Below are positions 47,922 through 57,785 of a stretch of 64,000 nucleotides of DNA, piece by piece. Where the stretch lies: the NCBI GenBank assembly GCA_945862365.1, contig CAMAXK010000005.1, positions 813-64,812 on the forward strand, read 5' to 3'. Origin of the DNA: Chlamydia trachomatis (GTDB lineage: Bacteria > Chlamydiota > Chlamydiia > Chlamydiales > 2-12-FULL-49-11). Both the position numbers and the translations under genes were made by a program. How positions within the stretch are numbered: position 1 is the stretch's first letter; each line of letters opens with the position of its first letter. Under the pieces are notes generated by a model. The model saw nothing but the letters and a program-made list of their open reading frames with translations. It was not told the DNA's origin and ran no database searches.

Positions 47922-49793
47922 ATGCAAAAGGTTTTATGTGTTTTTACAATATGTGCATCAGTCTTTGCTAAATCTCTAGATTTTAATGATGTAAAAACTA
48001 TTAATGAAAAAATGTTTGCCTATCATGTATTATTTGATTCGTATAATGAGACAGTAGCTCAGAGATCTGTAAGTAAAATACTAGCCTCTTTTGATCCAGT
48101 AGCCTTTTATTTTTTACAAAGCGAAAGGGATAAATACAATAATGTCTCTTCCATAATGGTTAAAGAGTATGAAACAGGATCTTTTAAAACATATACTTCT
48201 ATTCGTCAAGATTTTGAATATTCAGTAAAAAGATGTAGGCAATTAAGAGCCTCTGTAAGAGCTGAAATTTTAAACGAAACAATTGATATTAATACTGTGT
48301 GGATAGAGGCCCCAAGAGGAGCCCCTGAATCTAGAGAAGTCATTAAAAAAAATATAACCATTTATATGGTTAGTCAATTGAAAGGCTATGCAGATAGCCG
48401 ATCGATCACAACTTTAAGCTATGAAGATAAAGCTCGGGTTTTGGATTTTTATGAAAATAAACTGCAAGAGCACGAAGAAAAGTGCCTTTGTAAGCAAGAC
48501 TATCCCCTAACTGTATCAAAAATGATCGCCTCAAGCTTAGATGCTCACTCCATGATCTACGGAAATGATGAAATTGAGAATATTAATGCCCATCTTAAAA
48601 GTAGGTTTGAGGGAATTGGGATTTATGTAAATGATGATATCGATGGACCTACCATTTCAGGGGTTGTGCAGGGCGGCCCTGCTGAGCGCTGTGATAAAAT
48701 TGAAGCAGGGGATACCATTTTATTTGTAAATGGGGTAGATACCACAAATATTGGATTTAAAAAAGTAATGGAGCTTTTAACGGTTAAAGAAGGTTCTCAA
48801 ATCGTACTTCACTTAAAATCACGATCGGGCGAGCAAAAAATGATAAAACTTACTGGTGAAAAAATCACCATGAAGAAGGATAAGATTTTTGTGGAAGTGG
48901 AGCCTTTTTTAGATGGGCAAATCGCAAAACTTCGAGTGGATACTTTTTATAACGATTTTGAAGGTGGTGCTTTAGCTCATGATCTTAAAAAGACTATTTT
49001 AGAACTACGCCGTCAAAAACCTCTTTATGGGGTTGTAATTGACATGAGGAAAAATCTTGGGGGCTTTTTTAACGAAGCTGTTAAATCAATTGCCCTCTTT
49101 AGTAAAAAGGAAACTGTGGTCATTGCCAAATTTCGTGACGATCAAGTGCGCTTTTCAAAAGAGTTTGACCCACATATTACCTATATGGGACCCCTTGTGA
49201 TCTTAACTTCAAAATATTCGGCCTCTGCTGCTGAAATTTTAGCTCAATCGCTTAAAGATGTTGGGGTTGCAATTATTGCCGGTGATGAACAAACCTATGG
49301 GAAAGGATCTATTCAATTTCAAACCATCACAGATGGGCAAAGCGAATATAAGTACAAAGTAACAGTAGGGCAATATTATACGATCTCAGGCTACTCTACC
49401 CAGCTTAAAGGGGTGACAGCCGACATAATTGTGCCTTCTCAATATGCAAAACAAAGAATTGGGGAAAGACATAATTTGTTTGCGCTCCCATCTGGGGATT
49501 TGCATAAAAGGCATGGTCTGCACCCAGAAGTTCGTGAAATCTTTGAATATAATAGCTCCCGAAAAAAGACAGCCTTTGAAGTGATGCTTCCTCGCCTTAG
49601 AGAAAATAGCCAGCAAAGAATTGCAAATAACAAGAATTATCAAGCGTTTATCAGTAATCTTGGAACTCTTGGTACCAAAAAAGGGCAAACTCGTGAAGAA
49701 AAGCGCGAAGCTCTCTATGGTAAAAATGATTTGCAGATGATTGAGGCAACAAATATCATAAAAGATATGCATATGATCCAAACGACCTACTAA
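47922..49793 (+). CDS. tsp: tail-specific (C-terminal processing) protease, S41 family
   Basis: It has a signal peptide (VFTICASVFA), a PDZ segment (GIGIYV...GGPAERCDKIEAGDTI) and S41 catalytic region motifs (DMRKNLGGF, SKYSASAAEILA). I chose the start at the ATG at 47922, which has a ggggg SD. Confidence 0.85.
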   Translation: MQKVLCVFTICASVFAKSLDFNDVKTINEKMFAYHVLFDSYNETVAQRSVSKILASFDPVAFYFLQSERDKYNNVSSIMVKEYETGSFKTYTSIRQDFEYSVKRCRQLRASVRAEILNETIDINTVWIEAPRGAPESREVIKKNITIYMVSQLKGYADSRSITTLSYEDKARVLDFYENKLQEHEEKCLCKQDYPLTVSKMIASSLDAHSMIYGNDEIENINAHLKSRFEGIGIYVNDDIDGPTISGVVQGGPAERCDKIEAGDTILFVNGVDTTNIGFKKVMELLTVKEGSQIVLHLKSRSGEQKMIKLTGEKITMKKDKIFVEVEPFLDGQIAKLRVDTFYNDFEGGALAHDLKKTILELRRQKPLYGVVIDMRKNLGGFFNEAVKSIALFSKKETVVIAKFRDDQVRFSKEFDPHITYMGPLVILTSKYSASAAEILAQSLKDVGVAIIAGDEQTYGKGSIQFQTITDGQSEYKYKVTVGQYYTISGYSTQLKGVTADIIVPSQYAKQRIGERHNLFALPSGDLHKRHGLHPEVREIFEYNSSRKKTAFEVMLPRLRENSQQRIANNKNYQAFISNLGTLGTKKGQTREEKREALYGKNDLQMIEATNIIKDMHMIQTTY

Positions 49794-49831
49794 AGAAGTC
49801 TATTGATAGAATAATTTTTAAAAATTGATTC

Positions 49832-49861
49832 TTGTCATAAATACAACAATTCAGCTATACT
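49832..49861 (+). promoter_or_regulatory. promoter candidate for tRNA-Phe
   Basis: It reads TTGTCA (49832-49837), an 18-nt spacer, then TATACT (49856-49861), about 55 nt upstream of the tRNA. Confidence 0.3.
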
Positions 49862-49916
49862 TTTGTCAGTTTCATCTAAGAGACTGTGGAAAAGAGTTTT
49901 TTTAACTTTTTTACTC

Positions 49917-49989
<73 letters not shown>

Positions 49990-50151
49990 TTTTTTCATTT
50001 GTTACTAACACCCTTCTGAAATTTCATTTTTTATAAATGGTTATTAATTACGCCTTTTTGAAAATATAGTGCAAAAAATTGCACAATATCAAGTGAAAAT
50101 AAAACTTGAGTAAAAAGAAGTTTGAAATTAAGTCTAATTAACTTAGACGCT

Positions 50152-50400
50152 TTAATGAATGAAATTTTCAAGACTATTTTGACGTGCGGCAAGAACATGG
50201 GTCGCAGTCAATATTGCGCATAAACTCTTGTATCTTACTTGTGTTGCCGATCCTCCTTTACCCAAATTAGTCGATGGAGAAAGCAAAACAGAGTGCGCCC
50301 TGCATTTTTCTCCTAATTCTGTGCATAAAGGGAAACTCCGTAAGCTAGCGAGAGAGAAATTCATGCCTAAATCCATTGTTTTTCCAAAAGTGAGATACAA
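50152..50400 (-). pseudogene. possible remnant of a paralog of the 52732-53421 gene
   Basis: The 3'-proximal DNA and the C-terminal residues (…LCAILTATHVLAARQNSLE versus …DCLAKVFPAYQQSRLN) weakly parallel the 229-aa gene that follows the second copy of the duplicated block. A competing + strand ORF (50228-50455) leaves coding status unclear. Confidence 0.25.
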
Positions 50401-50459
50401 TCCCTGGGTGACAAGAATGATATCTATAGTTTCGGCTATTCATTGGAACACATAAATTA

Positions 50460-50789
50460 CTAGTCTTCACTAAAAAGCCTGACATTCCATTCTTGAACTA
50501 GTGCAGTTTCTTCATTATCAATGTATTTCTTAAAAGCACTCTTTACGTAATCTGCCTGGCAGTGAATATCAAAAGCCTTTATATCCACATACTCTTGAAG
50601 CAATATGATTGTGTATTTTGATTGTCCTGAAGCATCTGGATGATGAATTTGTCGGGTGGCATGTGCCCGTATGCAGCCACTTTCGTTTTTCCTAGTTAAA
50701 GCCATCACCTTTTTAAGTAAATCCCATAGCTTTTCTTCGCAATTTTCTTTAGGTAACCATTCGGAAACAACAAACACATGACCTGACAT
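50460..50789 (-). CDS. antibiotic-biosynthesis-monooxygenase (ABM/Dabb) domain protein
   Basis: It is 109 aa with a ferredoxin-like pattern (VFVVSEWLPKE..., LLQEYVDIKAFDIHCQADYVK). Confidence 0.65.
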   Translation of the reverse strand: MSGHVFVVSEWLPKENCEEKLWDLLKKVMALTRKNESGCIRAHATRQIHHPDASGQSKYTIILLQEYVDIKAFDIHCQADYVKSAFKKYIDNEETALVQEWNVRLFSED

Positions 50790-50824
50790 ATCACTCCTAT
50801 AATCTTCATCATACAGTCTATTTT

Positions 50825-51682
50825 CTATTTTTCATCGATTAGGTTAACTTCTACGGGGTTAACATCTAGAAAGTTAAATTTGCTGACAACTTTGCGGACG
50901 CTTTTTTTCTCTAACTCTCTTATGGCATTACCGGCAATTTCTCCGCCCTCTTGGGCTGCTTTTATATTTTGGTGAAATCCTTGAGCATCTTTTTGAACAG
51001 CGATTTTTGTTGTAGAAGCTTCTCCCAACATAGTAAAAATTAATTCAAGATCGGTCATATGGTCGCGGAGATTTTGATTTTTGAGACCTTTTAGTTTTTT
51101 ATGTTCGGATGGTTTGAGCCCAAAAGTAGCATCAGCAATTTCTGCAGTGAGGATTGCATATTCCTTTTCCTCTTTCACTCCTCGCTTTTCCCACTCGGTT
51201 GTCAATTGCTCTAAGATAGCGATTCCGCGCATCCGTTTCTCAATCCAATCGTCAGGGTATCCCTTGGCCTTATAGATTGCTCGACCGCGTTTTGCAGCTA
51301 ATTCGGGGTCTTCTATCTCTTGAATTCGTTCGTAACCGACTTTAGCAAGCCAACACTTGAAGGGTTCTGCTTTGGCAGAAGGTATGGATTGAATGATCCG
51401 AAAAATAGTCTCTGTATTGGCAGTATCTGTCTCACGCATTTTTCCATCAGGGGCTACTAATTTCAACTGTACGATTTTTCCGTACAGTTGATCAAACCCT
51501 TCATTTTCAGAAAGTTGTGTCTTTAGATCAGACCAATATCTTCGTGGGTTCTGGCTCTTTGTCAATACTGCTATGATATCGATAATCGAAAAATACCATT
51601 CTCCTTGATGGAGGGTTTTCCGGATTTGCTTGCCCTTAAAGATCGCTATCTTTGAGGATTGTTGTTCTAGTTCATTATCCAT
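50825..51682 (-). CDS. Bro-N domain / DinD-like DNA-damage-inducible (prophage antirepressor-type) protein
   Basis: The N-terminus is Bro-N-like (IRKTLHQGEWYFSIIDIIAVL...RRYWSDLK). The C-terminal region KKLKGLKNQNLRDHMTDLELIFTMLGE resembles E. coli DinD (KGLKKNQKILDHMGSTELAAN) from memory. Confidence 0.7.
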   Translation of the reverse strand: MDNELEQQSSKIAIFKGKQIRKTLHQGEWYFSIIDIIAVLTKSQNPRRYWSDLKTQLSENEGFDQLYGKIVQLKLVAPDGKMRETDTANTETIFRIIQSIPSAKAEPFKCWLAKVGYERIQEIEDPELAAKRGRAIYKAKGYPDDWIEKRMRGIAILEQLTTEWEKRGVKEEKEYAILTAEIADATFGLKPSEHKKLKGLKNQNLRDHMTDLELIFTMLGEASTTKIAVQKDAQGFHQNIKAAQEGGEIAGNAIRELEKKSVRKVVSKFNFLDVNPVEVNLIDEK

Positions 51683-51806
51683 GTCCGCCCTGGATGCAAA
51701 AAATAAATATGGTGGCTATATATTACCTGATAGGGAAATTCTTTGCCTTATTTTTATCCGGAATATATCCGCATTAGCCAATTTCCCCTGTATGATCGTG
51801 TAACGT

Positions 51807-51849
51807 ACTGAAAATCCTTGTGTCGCCGGTTCAATTCCGGCTCTGGGCA
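51807..51849 (+). other. orphan copy of the 3' 43 nt of tRNA-Phe (anticodon loop to discriminator)
   Basis: It is identical to 49947-49989 except for one C to G change in the acceptor 3' strand (ggcca to gggca). There is no 5' half upstream. Confidence 0.85.
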
Positions 51850-51960
51850 TTTTTTCATTTGTTACTCAAAACCTTCTGAAATCTCATCTTTTAATATATT
51901 TTTATAAATAGTAGTAAATATTAGCCTGCCGTATACTGTAGGTAAAAATATGAGGTATTT

Positions 51961-52656
51961 ATGAACTTAGCAATATTACAAGCGTTAGCGCTTCATGCAT
52001 CAATATTTAATATTAAAGAGCATCAAGTGGTAGATTTAGGGATTCAGCATCCGTTTTTTTCGGGAGTAATGGTAAATCCCATCGAAGGTGTAGATATAAA
52101 TGAGGTTGTCTCAGAAACTTTTGAGGTGCTTGGTAGATCGTTTATGTGGATCTGTGATCAGGAGTTAGAAGGTGCCGCTAGGGTGTTTCCTTTTTATGAG
52201 ATGGAGTTAAAGTTAGATGAGTTAAAGGAACCAAAAGAAGCGGTGGGTGAGTATCTTATGGTTTCTTCAGAAGATTTAATTGATTGGAAAAAGGTGGTTG
52301 GTCCAACTTATGAGTTTGATAAAGAAGATATAGATGCTTTTGCAAACTTATACAAGGGAAACAACAACTTTTTTCATATGGTTGTAAAGGTTAATGATGT
52401 AGTTGTTGGAGCTGGGACTTTACAAATTTATCAAGATGTAGCGATTTTACATAACATCACAACTCTTAGAGAGGCTCGAGGTAAAGGGATTGGATCTAGG
52501 ATATCTTTTGAGCTGTTATCACTTGCAAAGACTAAAAACTGCACTAGATCACTTATCCATGGCTCATCAGGTGCTGAGAAGATGTATCAAAGACTGGGGT
52601 ACAAAACACAAAAAATCGTTTTTGCAAATTTTTTTAAGACACCTTTTCAAAAATAA
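51961..52656 (+). CDS. GNAT-family N-acetyltransferase
   Basis: It has the acetyl-CoA binding motif REARGKGIGSRISFELL followed by YQRLGYK. Confidence 0.7.
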   Translation: MNLAILQALALHASIFNIKEHQVVDLGIQHPFFSGVMVNPIEGVDINEVVSETFEVLGRSFMWICDQELEGAARVFPFYEMELKLDELKEPKEAVGEYLMVSSEDLIDWKKVVGPTYEFDKEDIDAFANLYKGNNNFFHMVVKVNDVVVGAGTLQIYQDVAILHNITTLREARGKGIGSRISFELLSLAKTKNCTRSLIHGSSGAEKMYQRLGYKTQKIVFANFFKTPFQK

Positions 52657-52731
52657 AGTGCAAAAAATTGCATAATATCAAGTGAAAATAGAAAGTTACT
52701 AAATAGAAGTCTGAAATTCAGATGAATAAAC

Positions 52732-53421
52732 TTATACGCCCTGATCAGCTGTATTTAAGCGACTTTGTTGATATGCGGGAAAAACCTTAGCAAGACAATC
52801 GCAATCTTTAACATCCTCTGTTCCAGTAAGAATTACATCACCGTTTTGCACATATTGGGGAAGTAGCAACTTTTCCATTTCTGCTGAGGGGCTAGAATCT
52901 TCTTTTTTGGAACTTTCGACGTGTTTAGGTCTACCTCCACCAATACGCATTAAGGTTTGTTCGTGTGGTGAGTGGTTCTGTACGGGGGTTTGGTTAGGGG
53001 AAAATGAAGCTCTTGCTTCGCATCTTACATACCTTCCAGAAATTATAGCCATTCGTGCTTCTGACGAGGTAACGTGAGGAGTATTACCTCCATAGCTATA
53101 TTGTTCACCGCTTTTTACTAAAACGGGTATCTTTCTAAACGTGTTACCTGATACAGCATTTATTGATTTGTAAGATTGATCCTGACGATCTGTCCATTCT
53201 TTTGAAGCTAGTGAGCTAACTGTAGCAAAATGATGATTTCTTGTGTATTCGTGATGAGTAGGTGGGGATAAAGCAGCGGTAGCGGCTTCTTTCATTCGAT
53301 TTAAAAAAGTGCCCTTTTGATCATCGGAAAGCATGGGTGTGTGCAGCTTTACATAACAACCAGAAAATATAGATCCTCCAACAACCATACCCGAAATTAG
53401 TCTAAATGCTATACCTGACAT
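52732..53421 (-). CDS. hypothetical protein with an N-terminal TM/signal segment
   Basis: It is a long clean ORF that looks visibly more GC-rich than its neighbours. I recognise no motif. Confidence 0.45.
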   Translation of the reverse strand: MSGIAFRLISGMVVGGSIFSGCYVKLHTPMLSDDQKGTFLNRMKEAATAALSPPTHHEYTRNHHFATVSSLASKEWTDRQDQSYKSINAVSGNTFRKIPVLVKSGEQYSYGGNTPHVTSSEARMAIISGRYVRCEARASFSPNQTPVQNHSPHEQTLMRIGGGRPKHVESSKKEDSSPSAEMEKLLLPQYVQNGDVILTGTEDVKDCDCLAKVFPAYQQSRLNTADQGV

Positions 53422-53628
53422 AAATGAACCCCTTTTAAATATAGGGAAAAAATTTACAAGAAAAATGAAATAATTACAAGAGAAAATAAAATTTTAATAA
53501 AGATAAATGGTGTATATAGATTTGCTATTTATGATCCGTTTATAGATTTATGTTTATGATCAAAAAACTCTTAGTATTTACAAAAACCCTTGTCCAGTCT
53601 AGCATTGATCCCATATTTGGAGGTTAAT

Positions 53629-54450
53629 ATGAAAATTTTGACATTAGGGACACTAGTTATTGGGTCATTATTTAGTACAACATATGCAGATGCACCTTCT
53701 AAAGTGGTATGGGAAGAAAAAGAAATCCTCGTCTCTGATTATGAAGAATACGATTATGATCAATATTTGGATGCGCGTTTGGATCAGTTATTGAGAGAGG
53801 CAAATTTTTACCATACAAATGAAAAATACGATTTGTCAAAAAAATGCTATGAACAAGCAGGATTTCTTGCAGAGGAGTTTATAAAAGATGATAGTTCTTA
53901 TGGGCATAATTCTCCACATCTAGTTGCAGCTCTTTGTTTTGATAATAGTTTTACAAAGAACCGCCCTCTTGCAAAAAAGTATTATAAACAATTGTATGAG
54001 CTTGTACTTAATCACGAGTTTAAGATAGATGATCCGATTGATTATATTTTTATCTTACCTCACCTTCATGAAGGGGCTTTAGCCGCCTATTTATATGGAG
54101 ATGAGGAAGCCTTTGCTTCTTTACTCTATAAGCAAATGGAGCTTGCTGATCCAGAAATTTTCACATGGTTTATTTTCTACATGGAGGAGCTACAGCAATT
54201 AGCCCTGCAAAAATTTTCAAAAGATCATTGGATCATCGAAAAAATGGAAACACAGATGCAGCAAAAGGTAATAAAGGAGCTTGAGAAGGAAGTGAGGGAA
54301 CAGATGGAGGATTCTCTCAAGCTGGCGTTTCTAGATGAAGGTATTGAAGAGGGGGATTTTTATGGTTTATTTTCACTTTATAACCCTCAAAATGGTATGA
54401 CCCCAGATCATGTGCTTCATCATTTACGTAATAGATTGCCTCACCCATAA
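53629..54450 (+). CDS. hypothetical secreted helical protein
   Basis: A ggagg SD precedes the ATG at 53629, and the signal peptide reads MKILTLGTLVIGSLFSTTYA. The rest is helical and acidic. Confidence 0.45.
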   Translation: MKILTLGTLVIGSLFSTTYADAPSKVVWEEKEILVSDYEEYDYDQYLDARLDQLLREANFYHTNEKYDLSKKCYEQAGFLAEEFIKDDSSYGHNSPHLVAALCFDNSFTKNRPLAKKYYKQLYELVLNHEFKIDDPIDYIFILPHLHEGALAAYLYGDEEAFASLLYKQMELADPEIFTWFIFYMEELQQLALQKFSKDHWIIEKMETQMQQKVIKELEKEVREQMEDSLKLAFLDEGIEEGDFYGLFSLYNPQNGMTPDHVLHHLRNRLPHP

Positions 54451-54676
54451 AATAGAATTAACTATCAATTTAGTATAAATATTATGATAAATTTCTTTAA
54501 AAGACATCTTGTTATTAATTAAATTCATGATTATACTTTTTAAGTGTTAATGAATGAGATTTTGAATATCTTATTATATGAATAATTAAAATTTAACAAG
54601 TTTGATAAAAGTCCTATAGTTAATTTTTTAATATAAATAAATCAATTCTCGATAAAAAATCAAGGCATAAAGATAA

Positions 54677-55870
54677 ATGTGTAGTACAATTTTTAAAAAC
54701 CCAGTTAATCGCTTAGTTAGCACTGAGAATCAGAAGTTATTAGATGATTTATGTTTAAGAAAAAGATTACCTTTAGTTGATAAATTAACGGTGATAGTTA
54801 ATGATTTAAATTTATCAAATACATTAATTATAGCTGTGCAGCATTTATGTTGGACTACAGAAATACTTTTTGACACTTTACTCGATCTAAAACTACCCCC
54901 TAAAAATTTATATGTTTTAGGTAAATGTTATTCTACAAACCCTGAAATTTTGTATAATATAAGGAAAAAAGAGATAAACGCTTTGGTAGAAAGCTCATTT
55001 TTTAATTGTTCAATGCCTTTTGATGTTGATTTTGATAGAAATCTAGATGAAATGATTAAAGAAATAATATCTTCCAATGATTTATTTTCTTTTGATAGAA
55101 TCATTATTTTAGATGATGGCGGTCATTTGCTAGAACGTGCTACATTGCTTTTACCAAAAGGATTGCCAATTGTAGGTATTGAGCAGACTTCTTCAGGGTT
55201 CAATAGAATGCAGGGTAAAAATCTTTCTTTTCCTGTGATCAATTTAGCAAGATCTTGGCTGAAACTAGAGTATGAGAGCGTGATTATTATTTCAGTAGCC
55301 CTTAAGAAGCTTAAGAAAATGCTTGATGGCATAGATTCGGAGATACGCAATGTTCTTATCATAGGCAATGGTGTGTTGGGGCAAAAAATATATGAGATTT
55401 TAAAAGATAGATTCTTAGTTTCCATTTATGACGAACTTCCAGAAAAATCGACGATTGCACAAGGTGAGCTCAAAGAAAGACTTAAGGAATTTGATTTAAT
55501 AATAGGTTGTACTGGATTTACATCTTTAACATTTGATGATTATAGATATTTAAAAAAACCAGTTATATTAGCAAGTATTTCATCTTCGGATCGAGAATTT
55601 GACTCTTTTCATTTTAGAAAATTAAATCCCGTCAAAAATTGTCATGATCATGTAACTATCAATGGAATAACGCTTTTAAATTGCGGGTTCCCTATTACAT
55701 TTGATGCCGATTATGACTCAACTGATACAGTTGAGTTTGAGATTACCCGTGCTCTTTTATTAGCATCTATATATCAATCGTCAATTACATGCCTAAGTTT
55801 AAAGGGGTTTTTAGCATTGGATCACAACTTACAAAAATTTATATTAAAAGAGATGAATGTTTATGAATAA
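54677..55870 (+). CDS. divergent S-adenosylhomocysteine-hydrolase-fold, NAD-binding protein
   Basis: Its colinear motifs parallel SAHH. ILDDGGHL matches DDGGD, and GIEQTSSGFNRM matches SEETTTGV.RL. VINLARSWLK matches VNDS.TK, and IIGNGVLGQK matches GYGDVGKG. Confidence 0.5.
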   Translation: MCSTIFKNPVNRLVSTENQKLLDDLCLRKRLPLVDKLTVIVNDLNLSNTLIIAVQHLCWTTEILFDTLLDLKLPPKNLYVLGKCYSTNPEILYNIRKKEINALVESSFFNCSMPFDVDFDRNLDEMIKEIISSNDLFSFDRIIILDDGGHLLERATLLLPKGLPIVGIEQTSSGFNRMQGKNLSFPVINLARSWLKLEYESVIIISVALKKLKKMLDGIDSEIRNVLIIGNGVLGQKIYEILKDRFLVSIYDELPEKSTIAQGELKERLKEFDLIIGCTGFTSLTFDDYRYLKKPVILASISSSDREFDSFHFRKLNPVKNCHDHVTINGITLLNCGFPITFDADYDSTDTVEFEITRALLLASIYQSSITCLSLKGFLALDHNLQKFILKEMNVYE

Positions 55871-56909
55871 AATGAATGCAATTGTTCTTCGTGATTTAGG
55901 TGGAATTGAAAATTTTTCTATGGATAAGGTTTTAATTCCCGATCCAAAAGAAGGTGAGGTAAGAATTCTAATTAAAGCTGCAGGTTTTAATCCAGTTGAT
56001 TATAAAATTCGGCAAGGCAAATACGGTGATTGCACCCCTTTGATTCTTGGTGCTGATTTTAGTGGTATTATTGATAAAATAGGATCGGGGGTCGATGATT
56101 TTGTAATAGGTGAGGAGGTATATGGCATGGTGTTTGGACAAGGATCCAATGGTACCTATGCGCAGTATACTTGTGTACCTTATCAGTTTGTTGCTAAAAA
56201 GCCAAAACATTTGTCATTTGCAGAAGCAGCTTGTGTTCCTCTTGCAGCTTTAAGTGCTTATCGAGCTGTTTCAGCTCTTATGGGATTAAATAGCAAAGAA
56301 GGATCTATTTTTGTAGCAGCTGCAGCAGGTGGTGTAGGATCTTTTGCAGTACAATTAATAAAACATTTTCATAATGATCAGATATATACAATAGCAGGAA
56401 GTGATGAAACTGTTTCATTTCTTACTAAAAAACTTGGTATTAAAAAGGAAAATATTATTAAGTATGATGGTTTGACTGAAAGCGAACTTAAAGATAAATT
56501 GATCGAATTAAATAAAAATAGCTTATTTGTAGCTACTTTTGATTTTGTAGGAAATTCTATGAAAACCCTTTGTGTCGAATTAGCGGGGTATTCTGGACAT
56601 GTTATTTCATTAGTAGCAGAAGAATCTAAATCACAAATTTCTACTTGGTCTAATAATTCACCGTATTTTCAACGTAATTTATCCGCTCATGCAATTTTTG
56701 TAGGAGCAGAAGCCTATTCAGAAAAAAAGGAAACTTGGGGGATATACCACGAGCATCTTACACATATTACTCGCTTGTTAGATGAAAAAATAATCAATAT
56801 CCCAGCCTATAATCTTTTGGGAGGGTTAGAGGTTGATATTGTTAGCAAAGCTCACAGCTTACTAGAAAGCGGCCGTGTTAGAGGAAAACTTGTTATGTTA
56901 GTTGATTAA
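55857..56909 (+). CDS. NADPH:quinone oxidoreductase-type medium-chain dehydrogenase/reductase
   Basis: It has a GroES-like N-terminus (GEVRILIKAAGFNPVD) and the cofactor motif AAAGGVGSFAVQL. There are no zinc-ligand Cys residues. The start may instead be the ATG at 55872, just after the upstream stop. Confidence 0.8.
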   Translation: MFMNKMNAIVLRDLGGIENFSMDKVLIPDPKEGEVRILIKAAGFNPVDYKIRQGKYGDCTPLILGADFSGIIDKIGSGVDDFVIGEEVYGMVFGQGSNGTYAQYTCVPYQFVAKKPKHLSFAEAACVPLAALSAYRAVSALMGLNSKEGSIFVAAAAGGVGSFAVQLIKHFHNDQIYTIAGSDETVSFLTKKLGIKKENIIKYDGLTESELKDKLIELNKNSLFVATFDFVGNSMKTLCVELAGYSGHVISLVAEESKSQISTWSNNSPYFQRNLSAHAIFVGAEAYSEKKETWGIYHEHLTHITRLLDEKIINIPAYNLLGGLEVDIVSKAHSLLESGRVRGKLVMLVD

Positions 56910-56924
56910 TTTTTTAAGGATAAA

Positions 56925-57785
56925 ATGAATAAAGGGCGAAAAGATAAAAAAATTGCGGTGATTACAGGGGCTTCTCGTGGGATAGGATATGCAACAGTAG
57001 AGTTGTTATCTTTGCACGGATTTAAAATTTATGCATGTGTTCGTTCGCTTAAAAGCTGTAAGAATCTTCAAAATTTAGCGGATCAAAATTCAAATATTGA
57101 AATACTAGACCTTGATCTTAGAAACAAATCCTCGATTGAGAGGGTAGCTAAAGAGATTAGAAAAAATGAAGATAAGATTGATGTAATTATTAATAATGCA
57201 GGTGCAATTATTTTTGGACCCATTGAAACTGTTGGTCCAGAACAATTTCATGAACAGTTTCAAGTAAACCTGTTTGGACCGATTTTATTAACCCAAGAAC
57301 TCATTCCATTAATGCGTAAGGAAAAAAAGGGCCATATTATTTTTCTTGGTAGTACCTCTGGTATAAAAAGTCATGGAATGTACGGAGCCTATGCAGCAAG
57401 TAAATTTGCGCTAGAGGCTATAGCCCATTCTCTTGCTGTAAATCTTCACCCATGGAATATACATGTTTCAATCATTGAGCTAAGTGCAACAAATACTCAA
57501 TTTGAAAATAAGGTAATAAAACTTGGCTCTCGAGTAAAGGACTCTGATAATCCCTATCTAACTTATACTAAAAACTCCCTTCGATTTCTTCAAATGCTAA
57601 TCATGAATGGTGCTTTACCTCTTGAAATAGCAGAGGCTATTTTAAAGGTTATATTAAAACCTCCAAATGAGCTAAGATATTTTGCAACTAAAAAATCAAA
57701 AGACATATTCGAAAATTCTCTTAAGGATCCAGCGAATATAGATTGGCAACAAGAGGTTGTAGAAAGCTCTAATTTTTATAGTTAA
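56925..57785 (+). CDS. classical short-chain dehydrogenase/reductase
   Basis: It has TGASRGIG, NNAG and the catalytic YGAYAASK motif. Confidence 0.85.
   Translation: MNKGRKDKKIAVITGASRGIGYATVELLSLHGFKIYACVRSLKSCKNLQNLADQNSNIEILDLDLRNKSSIERVAKEIRKNEDKIDVIINNAGAIIFGPIETVGPEQFHEQFQVNLFGPILLTQELIPLMRKEKKGHIIFLGSTSGIKSHGMYGAYAASKFALEAIAHSLAVNLHPWNIHVSIIELSATNTQFENKVIKLGSRVKDSDNPYLTYTKNSLRFLQMLIMNGALPLEIAEAILKVILKPPNELRYFATKKSKDIFENSLKDPANIDWQQEVVESSNFYS

Noticed and set aside
50228-50455. A 75-aa plus-strand ORF lies inside the island remnant.
   Set aside because: It competes with the minus-strand remnant ORF in the same DNA and has no motif. The region is more simply read as a decayed gene fragment. 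Neither ORF can be confirmed as coding.
49990-53600. I searched for an integrase, excisionase or transposase near the tRNA-Phe repeats.
   Set aside because: No ORF in or next to the repeats shows tyrosine- or serine-recombinase or DDE motifs. The island is therefore described as a remnant, not as an active element.
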